A stretch of DNA of 64,000 bases from Myxococcota bacterium. GTDB lineage: Bacteria; Myxococcota_A; UBA9160; SZUA-336. Below the pieces are notes generated by a model. It was not told the origin of the DNA. It made no database searches and worked only from the letters and a program-made list of their open reading frames with translations. Both the position numbers and the translations under genes were made by a program. How positions within the stretch are numbered: position 1 is the stretch's first letter; each line of letters begins with the position of its first letter. Shown in pieces: positions 29,464 to 39,203 of the stretch. The stretch spans positions 1,568,001-1,632,000 of the forward strand of contig CBDFGR010000003.1 in NCBI GenBank assembly GCA_965247115.1, given 5' to 3'.

Positions 29464-31152
29464 ATGGCCAGCAGCGACTCAACGAAGGGGCTCGACTTCA
29501 TCCGCAGCATCGTTGCCGACGACCTTCGGACCGGCAAGTACGATGGTCGGGTGGTGACTCGCTTCCCGCCGGAGCCGAGCGGCCACCTCCACATCGGCCA
29601 CGCCATGTCGATCTGCCTCAACTTTGGCGTCGCCGAAGAGAACGAAGGTGGCGAGTACCACCTGCGCTTTGACGACACGAATCCGAGTCGAGAGGAGGTC
29701 GAGTTCGTCGAGGCGATCCAGGCGGATATCCGCTGGCTGGGTTTTGATTGGGGCGAGCACCTGTATTTTGCCTCGGACTACTTCGAGCAGCTGTACGCGT
29801 ATGCAAGGCAGCTGATTGAAATGGGGAAGGCCTACGTGTGCGACCTGGACACCGAGCAGATCCGTGAATATCGGGGCACGCTGACCGAGCCGGGTCGGAA
29901 CAGCCCCCACCGCGGTCGCTCGGTGGAGGAGAACCTGGAGCTGTTCGAGCGCATGCGGGCCGGAGAGTTCGACGACGGAGAGCGCGTGCTGCGAGCCAAG
30001 ATCGACATGGCATCGCCCAACCTCAACATGCGGGACCCGGTGCTGTACCGCATCCAGAAGGTGCACCACCACCGCACTGGAGATGCGTGGTGCATCTACC
30101 CGATGTACGACTTTACCCACTGCCTGTCGGACTCGATCGAGCGGGTCACGCACTCCCTCTGCACGCTCGAGTTCGAGGACAACCGCGCCCTGTACGACTG
30201 GTTCCTGGACGAGCTCGACGTCTACCACCCGCAGCAGATCGAGTTCGCACCGCTCGGGCTCGAATACACCATGCTCGGCAAGCGAAAACTCAAGAGGCTC
30301 GTGGATGAGGGCACCGTCTCGGGCTGGGATGATCCCCGCATGCCGACCGTTGCGGGGATGCGTCGGCGCGGCTACACCCGCGAGTCGATCAGGGACTTCA
30401 TCAGTCGAACCGGCGTCGCGAAGCGCGGCGGGAAAGTCGAGGTGGCCCTCCTCGAGTACTGCGTGCGCGAGGATCTGAACAAGCGCTCACCTCGTGCCAT
30501 GGCCGTCCTGCGTCCTCTCCGCGTCACGATCGAGAACTACCCCGAGGACCTGGTCGAGGAGATGGAGGCGGTGAACAACCCGGAAGATCCCTCCATGGGG
30601 ACCCGAAAGGTCCCCTTCTCGCGCGTGCTCTACATCGAGCGCGACGACTTCCGGGAGGATCCTCCGAAGAAGTTCTTTCGACTCGCACCGGGACGAGAGG
30701 TCCGACTGCGCTACGCCTACTTCGTGACCTGCACGGAGGTGGTGAAGGACGAGGAGACCGGCGAGGTGATCGAGCTGCGCTGCCGCTACGATCCGGAGAC
30801 GCGCGGTGGCGACGCCCCTGACGGTCGCAAAGTAAAGAGCACCCTACACTGGGTTTCCGCCGCACATTCGCTCGAGGCCGAGGTCCGTCTCTACGAGAAC
30901 CTGTTCCTCGAGCGCCACCCCGACGCGGCTGAGGACTATCGAGCGGGCCTCAACCCGAACGCTCTCTTGACGCTCAGCTCCTGCCAGATTGAGCCCGGCC
31001 TTGCGGGGGCGGCCCCCGGCGAACGCTACCAGTTCGAGCGCCAGGGCTACTTCTGCGTCGACTCCGCCTGCTCCGGAGACAAGCTCGTCTTCAACCGCAC
31101 GGTCACCCTCCGTGACACCTGGGCCAAGATCGAGCGGAAGTCTGCGGGGTAG
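29464..31152 (+). CDS. glnS: Glutamine--tRNA ligase (atypical ATP-site motifs)
   Basis: [49 protein letters not shown]. Confidence 0.93.
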   Translation: MASSDSTKGLDFIRSIVADDLRTGKYDGRVVTRFPPEPSGHLHIGHAMSICLNFGVAEENEGGEYHLRFDDTNPSREEVEFVEAIQADIRWLGFDWGEHLYFASDYFEQLYAYARQLIEMGKAYVCDLDTEQIREYRGTLTEPGRNSPHRGRSVEENLELFERMRAGEFDDGERVLRAKIDMASPNLNMRDPVLYRIQKVHHHRTGDAWCIYPMYDFTHCLSDSIERVTHSLCTLEFEDNRALYDWFLDELDVYHPQQIEFAPLGLEYTMLGKRKLKRLVDEGTVSGWDDPRMPTVAGMRRRGYTRESIRDFISRTGVAKRGGKVEVALLEYCVREDLNKRSPRAMAVLRPLRVTIENYPEDLVEEMEAVNNPEDPSMGTRKVPFSRVLYIERDDFREDPPKKFFRLAPGREVRLRYAYFVTCTEVVKDEETGEVIELRCRYDPETRGGDAPDGRKVKSTLHWVSAAHSLEAEVRLYENLFLERHPDAAEDYRAGLNPNALLTLSSCQIEPGLAGAAPGERYQFERQGYFCVDSACSGDKLVFNRTVTLRDTWAKIERKSAG

Positions 31153-31160
31153 GCGCTCTC

Positions 31161-32864
31161 CTAGCGGCGGGCCAGGGGTCCGCGCAGCAGCTGGCCGGGC
31201 AGCGCTCCCGTGTGCTCGCCGTCCCGCAACACCACTTCGCCGTTGACGACCGTCGCGGCAATCCCCGTGGCTCTCTGCTTGAGCCGCTTCGCTCCCGCAG
31301 GAAGATCGGTCGCGACCTCCGGCATCTCCGGAGCGATGCGCTCGGGATCGAAGATCGTGACGTCTGCGGCAAAGCCCTCGCGCAGCAGCCCGCGGTCTGC
31401 GAGCCCCCAGTTCGAGGCGGGCTCGAAGCTGAGCATTCGCACGCCTTCTTCCAGCGTGAAAGCCTGCTTCTCGCGGACCCAGTGGGAGAGCACGTGAGTC
31501 TGGAGAGACGAGTCCATGATCTGCGAGACGTGCGCGCCGGAGTCCGAGAAGGTCACCACGGAGCGCGGGTGCCGCATCATCTCCAGCACGTGATCCTGGT
31601 CCTCGTTCGTGATCGTCTGCAGGAAGAACTGGTCCAGGTCCTTCTCCAGGGCCAGCTCGATGATCGCCGCCACCGGATCGAGGCCCCGCTCGCGCGCGAT
31701 CTGTGCGATCGAGCGGTGAGGTCCCGACGGGGTCTCCATGGCGAAGAGCCAGTCGTAATCGGGTCGTCGCGACTCGGCGCCGACGGCAGCTCTCCGATCC
31801 GGCACGCGCGCTGCCTCGATGAGTCGGCGTCTCGTGTCGGGGTCACGCAGCGCACCCTTCTGCTCGTCGAGCGGGAGCGCGCGCAGCTCGCGCCACACCG
31901 GCAGCCGATCGAAGGGCAGGCTCGTCTTGAACGAGAGCAGGACATTCAGTGAGCGGCTGTGGACCTGCGCGAACATGCGTCCGCCCGCGGCGGCCGTCTC
32001 GTCGAGCAGATCGAAGTACGCGCGCCAGTACTCGGGTGCGCGGCGGGTGCTGAACATTCCCCAGGTCACGGGTCTCCCGGTGTCTACGGCGAGGTCGCGC
32101 AATCGTTCCAGGTAGTCGCGCAGTCGCTCCGGGTCCCGGCCAGTGTCCTCGCCGGCGATCTCGAAGATGCCGGCATTCATGTCGCCCATGACGCCGACGA
32201 GGTCTCGCACTTCCTGCCAGCTGGCGATCCGACTCGCGACTGGACGTCCGTCCGGCGTCTGGTGGTTGCGTGTCCGCGAGGTCGTGAAACCTATCGCCCC
32301 AGCCCGAATCGAGTCGCGAAGCTCGCGGCGCATCACCGCCATATCGTCTTCGGTCGCCGGCTCGTCGAACGCGCGCTCGCCCATCGCGTAGGTGCGCAGC
32401 GCCGAGTGACCGACGTAGCCACTGTAGTTGATGCCCTTTGGCAGACGCTCGATCGCATCGAGGTACTCGGGGTAGGTCTCCCAGGTCCAGTCGATGCCGG
32501 CCTCCATCGCCTCTGCCGAGATGTCTTCGGCTCGCTCGAGGTTGCGCACCACCAGGTGCTTCTCATTGGCCTTGCACGGCGCGAGCGTGAAGCCGCAGTT
32601 CCCCATCACGACGCTGGTAATGCCGTGCCAGCAGGAGCAGGTGCCGAGCGGATCCCACGAGATCTGGGCGTCCATATGCGTGTGGCCATCGACGAAGCCC
32701 GGTGCCACGACGAGCCCGGAAGCGTCAACGACCTCCTTGGCGGCGTCCCGAATGCGCCCGATATTCGCGATCTTGCCTCGCACCACCCCCACATCGGCGC
32801 GGTAGCGGGGCAGCCCAGAGCCATCGATCACGGTCCCGTCGCGGATCACCAGATCGTACTGCAT
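31161..32864 (-). CDS. N-acyl-D-amino-acid deacylase-like amidohydrolase
   Basis: DLVIRDGTVIDG, PGFVDGHTH, GNCG, SDSGAH. Confidence 0.9.
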   Translation of the reverse strand: MQYDLVIRDGTVIDGSGLPRYRADVGVVRGKIANIGRIRDAAKEVVDASGLVVAPGFVDGHTHMDAQISWDPLGTCSCWHGITSVVMGNCGFTLAPCKANEKHLVVRNLERAEDISAEAMEAGIDWTWETYPEYLDAIERLPKGINYSGYVGHSALRTYAMGERAFDEPATEDDMAVMRRELRDSIRAGAIGFTTSRTRNHQTPDGRPVASRIASWQEVRDLVGVMGDMNAGIFEIAGEDTGRDPERLRDYLERLRDLAVDTGRPVTWGMFSTRRAPEYWRAYFDLLDETAAAGGRMFAQVHSRSLNVLLSFKTSLPFDRLPVWRELRALPLDEQKGALRDPDTRRRLIEAARVPDRRAAVGAESRRPDYDWLFAMETPSGPHRSIAQIARERGLDPVAAIIELALEKDLDQFFLQTITNEDQDHVLEMMRHPRSVVTFSDSGAHVSQIMDSSLQTHVLSHWVREKQAFTLEEGVRMLSFEPASNWGLADRGLLREGFAADVTIFDPERIAPEMPEVATDLPAGAKRLKQRATGIAATVVNGEVVLRDGEHTGALPGQLLRGPLARR

Positions 32865-32917
32865 GGTTTGCTCCTTCCTGCGCGATACTACTCCCGACCC
32901 CACCCCCTGCCAAGCCA

Positions 32918-33012
32918 TGTGGGACCCGGCGCGCGAGCGGTCGCGCGCCACCCACCTCCGCTCAGGGCTTCGCCCTTCGCTGCGCGCGCCGCGTTCCGCG
33001 GCGCTTGCAGGG
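32918..33012 (-). repeat. ~95-bp hairpin repeat, copy B (inverted)
   Basis: Reverse complement nearly identical to 35987-36081. Confidence 0.9.
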
Positions 33013-33041
33013 AGGTCCCATGGAACGATGAAGGCAAGAAA

Positions 33042-33194
33042 CCGAACTTGGGGACGGTCCTTAATCCGAACTTATTCCGCGTGAGACGACCGCGACGTCT
33101 AGATGAACGAATGTGCCCGAGAGTCCCACCTCAATGACCAGAAGTTCCGACTCCAGCCAAACAAGTTCGGATTAAGGACCGTCCCCAAGTTCGG
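33042..33194. repeat. Perfect 32-bp inverted repeat (33042-33073 / 33163-33194)
   Basis: CCGAACTTGGGGACGGTCCTTAATCCGAACTT and its exact reverse complement, 89-bp spacer. Confidence 0.95.
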
Positions 33195-33235
33195 ATTCCG
33201 AAGGAGAACCGGCAACCTCGTGCGGGGCTTGGCAA

Positions 33236-33330
33236 CCTGCAAGCGCTGCGGAACGCGGCGCGCGCAGCGAAGGGCGAAGCCCTGAGCGGAGGTGGGTGGC
33301 CGCGGCCGCCTGCGGCCGGGTCCCACAAGA
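33236..33330 (+). repeat. ~95-bp hairpin repeat, copy C
   Basis: CCTGCAAGCGC...AGGGCGAAGCCCTGAGCGGAGGTGGGTGGC...GGGTCCCACAAGA. Confidence 0.9.
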
Positions 33331-33331
33331 T

Positions 33332-34480
33332 TTAGAGGCGTCCCCCGTCGAATTCCAGCCGACCCCGGGCGAGGTTCAGGCGCAGGAGGTCGCTTGCGCC
33401 CTCGGCCAGGCGCAGCGAGCGCACCTGGCGATAGAGCCGCTCCAGCGGATGGCCGTGCACCAGCGCCTCGCCACCCACAAGCTGCACGGCGGAGTCGATC
33501 GTTCGCCCGGCGGCCTCGGTGGCGAACACCTTGGTGGCCATCCCCTCGTTCCTCACGTCTTCGTCGGACTCCGCGAGGCGCGCGGTCCGGTACAGCACGC
33601 TGCGCGCCGCAAACGTGTCGATACGCATATCGGCGTAGCGAAGCTTCACCCCTTCGCGCTTGCCGAGAGGCGTGCCGCTCCGATGCGGCGCCAGCAGGTG
33701 TTCGGTGACGAAGTCCACCGCCCACATGGCCATGCCGCAGGCCTGCGCCGCCACGGCGAGGCGCACGTTGCCGATGTTCCCGAGCGCGCGGGGCATCCCC
33801 TCACCAATCCGGCCGATCACATGGCTCTGCGGGACGCGAAGCTCGTGGAAGGCCAGCGAGACGTGGCCGCTCCCGTCGAGAGAACGGAACTCGCGCTCGA
33901 CCTCGAGCCCTGGCGAGTTGCGGTCGATCACGACCATGGCGGTACCGCCGGGAGTGGAGTCGGAGCCCTCGACGTTCACCAGCGCCGAAATGAAGTCGGC
34001 GCTCGCCCCGCCGGTCACGTAGGCCTTGCGCCCCGTGACCACCAGATCGTCGCCGTCGCGCTTCGCCCAGGTCGGCCTTGGGGCGTCGGCGGGCTCGGTG
34101 AAGGCGAAGGCACCCACCTTCTCCCCTCGGAGCACGGGCTCCAGATAGCGCTCGTTCAGCACACCCTCGGCTGCTGCGAGCACTCCCGGACCGGGTCCAA
34201 GTGCAAAGCGCGTGAGCCGCAGGTTCGAGGCGGCCAGGGTCTCGCGGACGATCGCCAGGGACAGCGGACCGGCGCCCGATCCGCCAAAAGACTCCGGCTG
34301 CGTCAAGCCAAAGATGCCGAGCTCGCGGGACCGCTCGCGCACTCGTTTCCTCGCCTCCTCGGGTAGCGGGGCCTCCGGATCCTCCTCCAGGCGCTCCTCG
34401 AGCGGGCGCAGGTCGTCGTCGATGAACGCCTGGACCTGCTCGCGCAGCGCGTGCTGCTCCCGCGTCAGAGCTTCGGGCAT
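33332..34480 (-). CDS. Acyl-CoA dehydrogenase
   Basis: AFAFTEP, GRKAYVT, AVQLVGG, LAEGASD. Confidence 0.92.
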   Translation of the reverse strand: MPEALTREQHALREQVQAFIDDDLRPLEERLEEDPEAPLPEEARKRVRERSRELGIFGLTQPESFGGSGAGPLSLAIVRETLAASNLRLTRFALGPGPGVLAAAEGVLNERYLEPVLRGEKVGAFAFTEPADAPRPTWAKRDGDDLVVTGRKAYVTGGASADFISALVNVEGSDSTPGGTAMVVIDRNSPGLEVEREFRSLDGSGHVSLAFHELRVPQSHVIGRIGEGMPRALGNIGNVRLAVAAQACGMAMWAVDFVTEHLLAPHRSGTPLGKREGVKLRYADMRIDTFAARSVLYRTARLAESDEDVRNEGMATKVFATEAAGRTIDSAVQLVGGEALVHGHPLERLYRQVRSLRLAEGASDLLRLNLARGRLEFDGGRL

Positions 34481-34531
34481 GCCGGCTCCTCCAGGGGGCA
34501 GGGTACACTCCTGCGCTGAGGAGGAGCAGAG

Positions 34532-35341
34532 ATGAGCGACGATCGCGTCGTACAGATCGAGTCGGACGCAGACTCGGAGATCCGCGATTGGCCCGCACTC
34601 GTCGAGCAGCTGAACCGCGTGCTCAGACTGAGGACGACTCCAATCGGCATGAAGCTGTTCGAGACTGTGGAGGAGATGGAGGCGATTCCCAGGATCCGGC
34701 GTCCGCGGGCAATCCACACGACGGATCAGATCGTCGCCCAGGCGGCCCGGCTCGGCTGGACCGTGGGGATCACGGTCGAGGATCTCGTCGGCGCACAGTG
34801 CGGGGCAGTGATCGGCCTGCACCCGCAGGACGACGAGTGGCTCTCCGGCAAGCAAATGGCCGGGGTCTGGTACGAGACGGTCGGCGACGCCTCCGCGCAC
34901 CAGCACGCGATGGACGTGGTTCCACACGGCCGCTACCGCGCCATGGCGGTCTCCCCGCTAGCCAGCGGCCGCCTCGATCCCCCGGACGTCTGTCTGATCT
35001 ACGCCACCCCCGGCCAGATGATCATGCTGATCAGCGGACTCCAGTGGTCCGGCTACAAGAAGCTGGAGTGGAGCTGCGTCGGGGAGTCCGCCTGCGCGGA
35101 CTCCTGGGGCCGCGCGCTGGCGACCCGTGAGCCGAGCGTGTCGATTCCTTGCTTCGCCGAGCGGCGCTACGGAGGCGTGCTCGACGACGAGCTGCTCCTG
35201 GCCACGCCGCCGGAGATTCTGCCAAAGGCCATCGCTGGGATGGAGCGCTTGTCAGCCAACGGTCTGCGCTACCCCATTCCCCAGTACGGGGTACAGAGCG
35301 ATGCCCGCGCGGGCATGGGTGCGAGCTACGAATCTCGCTGA
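34532..35341 (+). CDS. DUF169-like protein
   Basis: LRTTPIGMK, PDVCLIYATPGQM, GESACAD, PCFAERRYG. Confidence 0.7.
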   Translation: MSDDRVVQIESDADSEIRDWPALVEQLNRVLRLRTTPIGMKLFETVEEMEAIPRIRRPRAIHTTDQIVAQAARLGWTVGITVEDLVGAQCGAVIGLHPQDDEWLSGKQMAGVWYETVGDASAHQHAMDVVPHGRYRAMAVSPLASGRLDPPDVCLIYATPGQMIMLISGLQWSGYKKLEWSCVGESACADSWGRALATREPSVSIPCFAERRYGGVLDDELLLATPPEILPKAIAGMERLSANGLRYPIPQYGVQSDARAGMGASYESR

Positions 35342-35358
35342 GGGGGCCTAGAGTTTTC

Positions 35359-35967
35359 ATGGAGACACCTTTGGAGCTCGTGCGTCGTCTCCGGAAGGTC
35401 TCAAAGCCGCTTCGGGATCAGCTAAGAAGACGCGCGAGCCCCACGCAGGTCCAGCGTACGGTGCGCCTTGCGCCCGGTGACTGGCAGCCCAAGCGTCGCA
35501 GGTGGCACGTGCTCGTCGATCTCGTGACGGAGCACTGTCCGGACTTTGGCGTCTTGGTGGCGGAGGTGGGAACTCATACTGGTTACACGGCGGCCCACCT
35601 GCTCAAGTACTGCCCGCAGATCGAGAAGCTCTACGCGATCGATCTCGAGCGCGCCGACCCTAGCGTCGATCTGCTCGCGGACCTGGATCGTTCGGAGCTG
35701 ATCCTGGGCCATTCCGATGAGTGTGCCAAGATGTTTGACGACGAAACGTTCCATTTGGTCTTCATCGACGCGGATCACTCCGAGGACGCGATCCTCAACG
35801 ATCTGCGCGCCTGGATTCCGAAAGTGAAGCGTGGAGGTCTCATCACCGGTCACGACTACGGCTCGTACAATCACACGGGCGTCAAGGCCGCAGTCGACTC
35901 CTACTTCGCCGGTCACTCCCATCCCGTTCGCCTCGAAGCGAACAAAGTGTGGTGGACCCTCAAGTAG
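35359..35967 (+). CDS. Class I SAM methyltransferase (Methyltransf_24-like)
   Basis: AEVGTHTG, VFIDADHS, GGLITGHDY, GVKAAVD. Confidence 0.85.
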   Translation: METPLELVRRLRKVSKPLRDQLRRRASPTQVQRTVRLAPGDWQPKRRRWHVLVDLVTEHCPDFGVLVAEVGTHTGYTAAHLLKYCPQIEKLYAIDLERADPSVDLLADLDRSELILGHSDECAKMFDDETFHLVFIDADHSEDAILNDLRAWIPKVKRGGLITGHDYGSYNHTGVKAAVDSYFAGHSHPVRLEANKVWWTLK

Positions 35968-35982
35968 CCACGCCGTCGGCAC

Positions 35983-36107
35983 GGCACCCTGCAAGCGCCG
36001 CGGAACGCGGCGCGCGCAGCGAAGGGCAAGGCCCTGAGCGGAGGTGGGTGGCGCGCGACTGCTCGCGCGCCGGGTCCCACAAGACTTGCGCCGGGTCCCA
36101 CAAGACT
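35983..36107 (+). repeat. ~95-bp hairpin repeat, copy D, with tandem duplication of its 3' end
   Basis: Full copy 35983-36086; GCGCCGGGTCCCACAAGACT at 36067-36086 and again at 36088-36107. Confidence 0.9.
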
Positions 36108-36673
36108 CACCACTCCTGCGTGGTGTAGCGAAGGCACTCGATCGAGCGCGACCAGGGATCCAGTGCAAAGCCGGCCTTGCTCTCGAGCTCGCGCAGGAAG
36201 TCGCGCGGGTCTGGTAGCGACTCCCAGACCGAAGGCAGGAAGGTGCCCCGGAGCGTCCCGTGTCGTAGCAGCAGGCCATCCAGCTTTGGTCGGAGCGATG
36301 CGATCAGCTCGTCCCTCGAGCCCACGGGCACGATCTCGAGTGGGCTCAGCACGGAGATGTGGATGTCGAGCTCTTGAAACTCCTCCGCGCGCAACGGGGG
36401 AAAGCGCGGATCGCCGAAGGCCGCACCGTGAGCGCTTCGGGCTACGTCCTCCACGAGGGCCCGGTCGGCCTCGAGTGCGCCGATGCAGCCACGCAGCTCT
36501 CCCCGCTTGTTCAACGTGACGAAGCTGGCGCGCCGTTCCTGCAGGGCCGGCGAGTGAGCGGATGGATCGACGCGAGGCTCCTCTCCGTGAAGTCCGCCGT
36601 CGATCGAGCTGCGGGCCACGCCCGTCAGGACGCTGCGGTCTGTCAGGTCGAGCGTGCGCTCAGCCGAAGGCAT
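36107..36673 (-). CDS. amrA: AmmeMemoRadiSam system protein A (AMMECR1 domain)
   Basis: FVTL..G.LRGCIG, AAF.DPRF, TFLPSVW. Confidence 0.92.
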   Translation of the reverse strand: MPSAERTLDLTDRSVLTGVARSSIDGGLHGEEPRVDPSAHSPALQERRASFVTLNKRGELRGCIGALEADRALVEDVARSAHGAAFGDPRFPPLRAEEFQELDIHISVLSPLEIVPVGSRDELIASLRPKLDGLLLRHGTLRGTFLPSVWESLPDPRDFLRELESKAGFALDPWSRSIECLRYTTQEW

Positions 36674-37451
36674 AGGCCCCGTAGCCCACGACCTGGTCGC
36701 GGGGTCCGGCGGTGTCCCCCGAATTCCTGACGTCGAGGGTTCGCACCGAGAGGCCGTGTCGCTTGGCTATGACCAGGAGTCCGCGGATGGGTATGCGCCC
36801 GCAGGCCGACTCCCTTCCGAGTCCTTCCGGGTCGAGCGCCTCGATCGCATCCGTCGTTGCGGCGTCTAGCTCGCGTGCACTCTCGTAGTCGTAGTAGTGG
36901 CTCAGATCGGAGCTGATCACGATCAGGGTTTCCGGGCCCCCCCAGACAGCGTCGAGCACGTCGGCCATCTCTTCGGGAGTCGCGTCGCCCGCGACGAGTG
37001 GCACGATCGACATCGTTCCGAGCATGCGCTGGAGGAAGGGCAGGTGAACCTCCAGGCTGTGCTCGAGGTCGTGCGCCTCGTCGAGCCTGTGGACCTGCGG
37101 AAAGCGCAGAACATCTTCCACTGCCTCGAGGTTGATCGGTACGTCGCCGAGCGGGGTGCGGAAGGCCTCCGCACCCAGTGTTGCGAGGCCGCTCAGCGCG
37201 ATGCGGTGAGCGGGACCGATCAGCACAACCCGCTCGATCTTGCCGCGCAGCTCGCCGATCTGGGCATAGGCGGAGCCCGCCACAGGACCCGAGTACATGT
37301 AGCCGGCATGCGGTGCGATCAGGGCCTTGGGTACGGGTTCTCCGGGGTCGGCGGCCGTCTCTCTGACGTAGGCGTCCACGGCCGCGCCGAGCTCGGCGGG
37401 GTCGCTCGGGTAGAACGTCCCGGCGACAGCGGGAGAGCGGACGAGGGTCAA
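36660..37451 (-). CDS. amrB: AmmeMemoRadiSam system protein B (Memo-like)
   Basis: PAVAGTFYP, APHAGY.YSG, EHSLEV, SSDLSHY, VVGYG. Confidence 0.93.
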   Translation of the reverse strand: MTLVRSPAVAGTFYPSDPAELGAAVDAYVRETAADPGEPVPKALIAPHAGYMYSGPVAGSAYAQIGELRGKIERVVLIGPAHRIALSGLATLGAEAFRTPLGDVPINLEAVEDVLRFPQVHRLDEAHDLEHSLEVHLPFLQRMLGTMSIVPLVAGDATPEEMADVLDAVWGGPETLIVISSDLSHYYDYESARELDAATTDAIEALDPEGLGRESACGRIPIRGLLVIAKRHGLSVRTLDVRNSGDTAGPRDQVVGYGAYAFG

Positions 37452-37548
37452 GGCGAGGCCTCCCTGCCTGAGCTAAACGTTACACCCTCGGGTGGAGAAT
37501 TGTGCATCCGAGCTCCACCGGGCTCATCGACCGTTTGGAGCCTCCGAC

Positions 37549-38676
37549 ATGAGTAGCGATCTTTCCTCAGAAGCCGTCCGTCAGACCAGCTACTGGCAGG
37601 TTCTGGCAGACGGCCGTGTCCAATGTGACGTCTGCCCGCGCGCCTGTCGCCTCGCCGAGGGTCAGCGCGGCCTGTGCTTCGTGCGGGGCAGGCTGGGCAA
37701 CGAGATCGTGCTCACCACGTTCGGGCGCTCCAGCGGATACTGCGCCGACCCGATCGAGAAAAAGCCGCTGAATCACTTTCTGCCGGGAACTCCTGTGCTG
37801 TCGTTTGGGACGGCCGGCTGCAACCTCTCGTGCCGTTTCTGCCAGAACTGGGACATCAGCAAGTCCCGCGACCTGGACACCCTCGCGGACGAGGCTCCGC
37901 CAGAGCGGATTGCCTACGCGGCCCGCGAGCTCGGCTGCTCGAGCGTGGCGTTCACGTACAACGACCCGGTGATCTTCCTGGAGTATGCCATCGAGACGGC
38001 GCAGGCTTGCCGCGAGCTCGGGGTGCGCTCCGTGGCTGTCACGGCCGGCTACGTGAGCCCGGAGCCTCGCGCCGAGCTCTTCCGACACATGGATGCGGCG
38101 AACGTCGACCTCAAGGCGTTCACGCAGTCGTTCTACAAGAAGGTCTGCAGCGGCGACCTGGCGCCCGTGCTCGAGACGCTCGTCTACCTGAAACGCGAGA
38201 CGGATGTCTGGCTCGAGCTGACGACGCTGCTCATCCCTGACGAGAACGACTCGGACGAAGAGCTGCATCGGGCGAGTCAGTGGGTAGCCGAGGAGCTCGG
38301 GCCGGACGTGCCCTGGCACTTCACGGCCTTTCATCCCGACTACCGGATGCTCGACAAGGCACGGACGCCTCCCGCGACTCTGAGCCGGGCCAGGGAGATC
38401 GCTCTCGGCTACGGGCTCCGCTACGTCTACACCGGAAACGTGCACGACGAGCAGGGAGCGAGCACCTACTGCCACGCCTGCGGCGAGACGCTGATCGGGC
38501 GTGATTGGTACGTCCTCACCGCCTGGAACCTGGACGCGAACGGCCGCTGCTCCGCCTGCGGCGCGGAGTGCGCAGGCGTCTTTGCGGACGGCCCAGGAAC
38601 CTGGGGGGCACGGCGCCAGCCCGTGCGCCTCTCCGACTTCGACGGTTCACCGATGCGCTCGGGCGAGGAGGAGTGA
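37549..38676 (+). CDS. amrS: AmmeMemoRadiSam radical SAM enzyme
   Basis: DPIEKKPL, CNLSCRFCQNW, TYNDP, VYTGN. Confidence 0.93.
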   Translation: MSSDLSSEAVRQTSYWQVLADGRVQCDVCPRACRLAEGQRGLCFVRGRLGNEIVLTTFGRSSGYCADPIEKKPLNHFLPGTPVLSFGTAGCNLSCRFCQNWDISKSRDLDTLADEAPPERIAYAARELGCSSVAFTYNDPVIFLEYAIETAQACRELGVRSVAVTAGYVSPEPRAELFRHMDAANVDLKAFTQSFYKKVCSGDLAPVLETLVYLKRETDVWLELTTLLIPDENDSDEELHRASQWVAEELGPDVPWHFTAFHPDYRMLDKARTPPATLSRAREIALGYGLRYVYTGNVHDEQGASTYCHACGETLIGRDWYVLTAWNLDANGRCSACGAECAGVFADGPGTWGARRQPVRLSDFDGSPMRSGEEE

Positions 38677-39194
38677 TGGAAGCGTACCGTGCGATCGTTA
38701 CGAAGCAGGACACTCGTGCCTATACGTCGAAGTCGATTCCCGAGAAGCTGCTGCAGCGCATTCTGCAGGCGGGTCGAATGGCCGGGAGCGCGAAGAACCT
38801 TCAGACGGTGCGACTCATCGTGGTGCGGGAAGCGGAGCAGAAGGCCGCGCTGGCCGCCTGCGGCAAGTTCACTGCGCACGTTCCGGCCTGTCAGGTCGCG
38901 GTCGCCGTCGTTTTGCTCCCAGAGCAGGACAGTGGGGCTTTCGCGATCTACCGGGGTCCCTTCGACGCCGGCCGGGCCGCGCAGAACATCATGGTCGCGG
39001 CCTGGGCAGAAGGTGTGGCCAGCTGTCCCGCCTCGCTTCATGATTTCGTTGCGGCCAGGAAGGTCCTAGGCTTACCCGACGGTCATGTCGTCGCGAACGT
39101 GATCGCGCTCGGCTACCCGGACGAGAGCGGCGAAGCTCGCGAATCGCAACCGCGACTGTCGCAGGACGAGATCGTTCGCTGGGAGCGCTGGTAG
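38676..39194 (+). CDS. Nitroreductase family protein
   Basis: AGSAKNLQ, DAGRAAQN, IALGYP; TGATG coupling to amrS. Confidence 0.85.
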   Translation: MEAYRAIVTKQDTRAYTSKSIPEKLLQRILQAGRMAGSAKNLQTVRLIVVREAEQKAALAACGKFTAHVPACQVAVAVVLLPEQDSGAFAIYRGPFDAGRAAQNIMVAAWAEGVASCPASLHDFVAARKVLGLPDGHVVANVIALGYPDESGEARESQPRLSQDEIVRWERW

Positions 39195-39203
39195 GGACGC
39201 GGC

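Noticed and set aside
33103..33328. Small ORFs inside the nested repeat element
   Set aside because: Translations simply mirror the repeats; no RBS or motif support
36067..36107. Tandem 20-bp units, and the dispersed repeat as a possible CRISPR
   Set aside because: No unique spacers, no regular period, no cas genes
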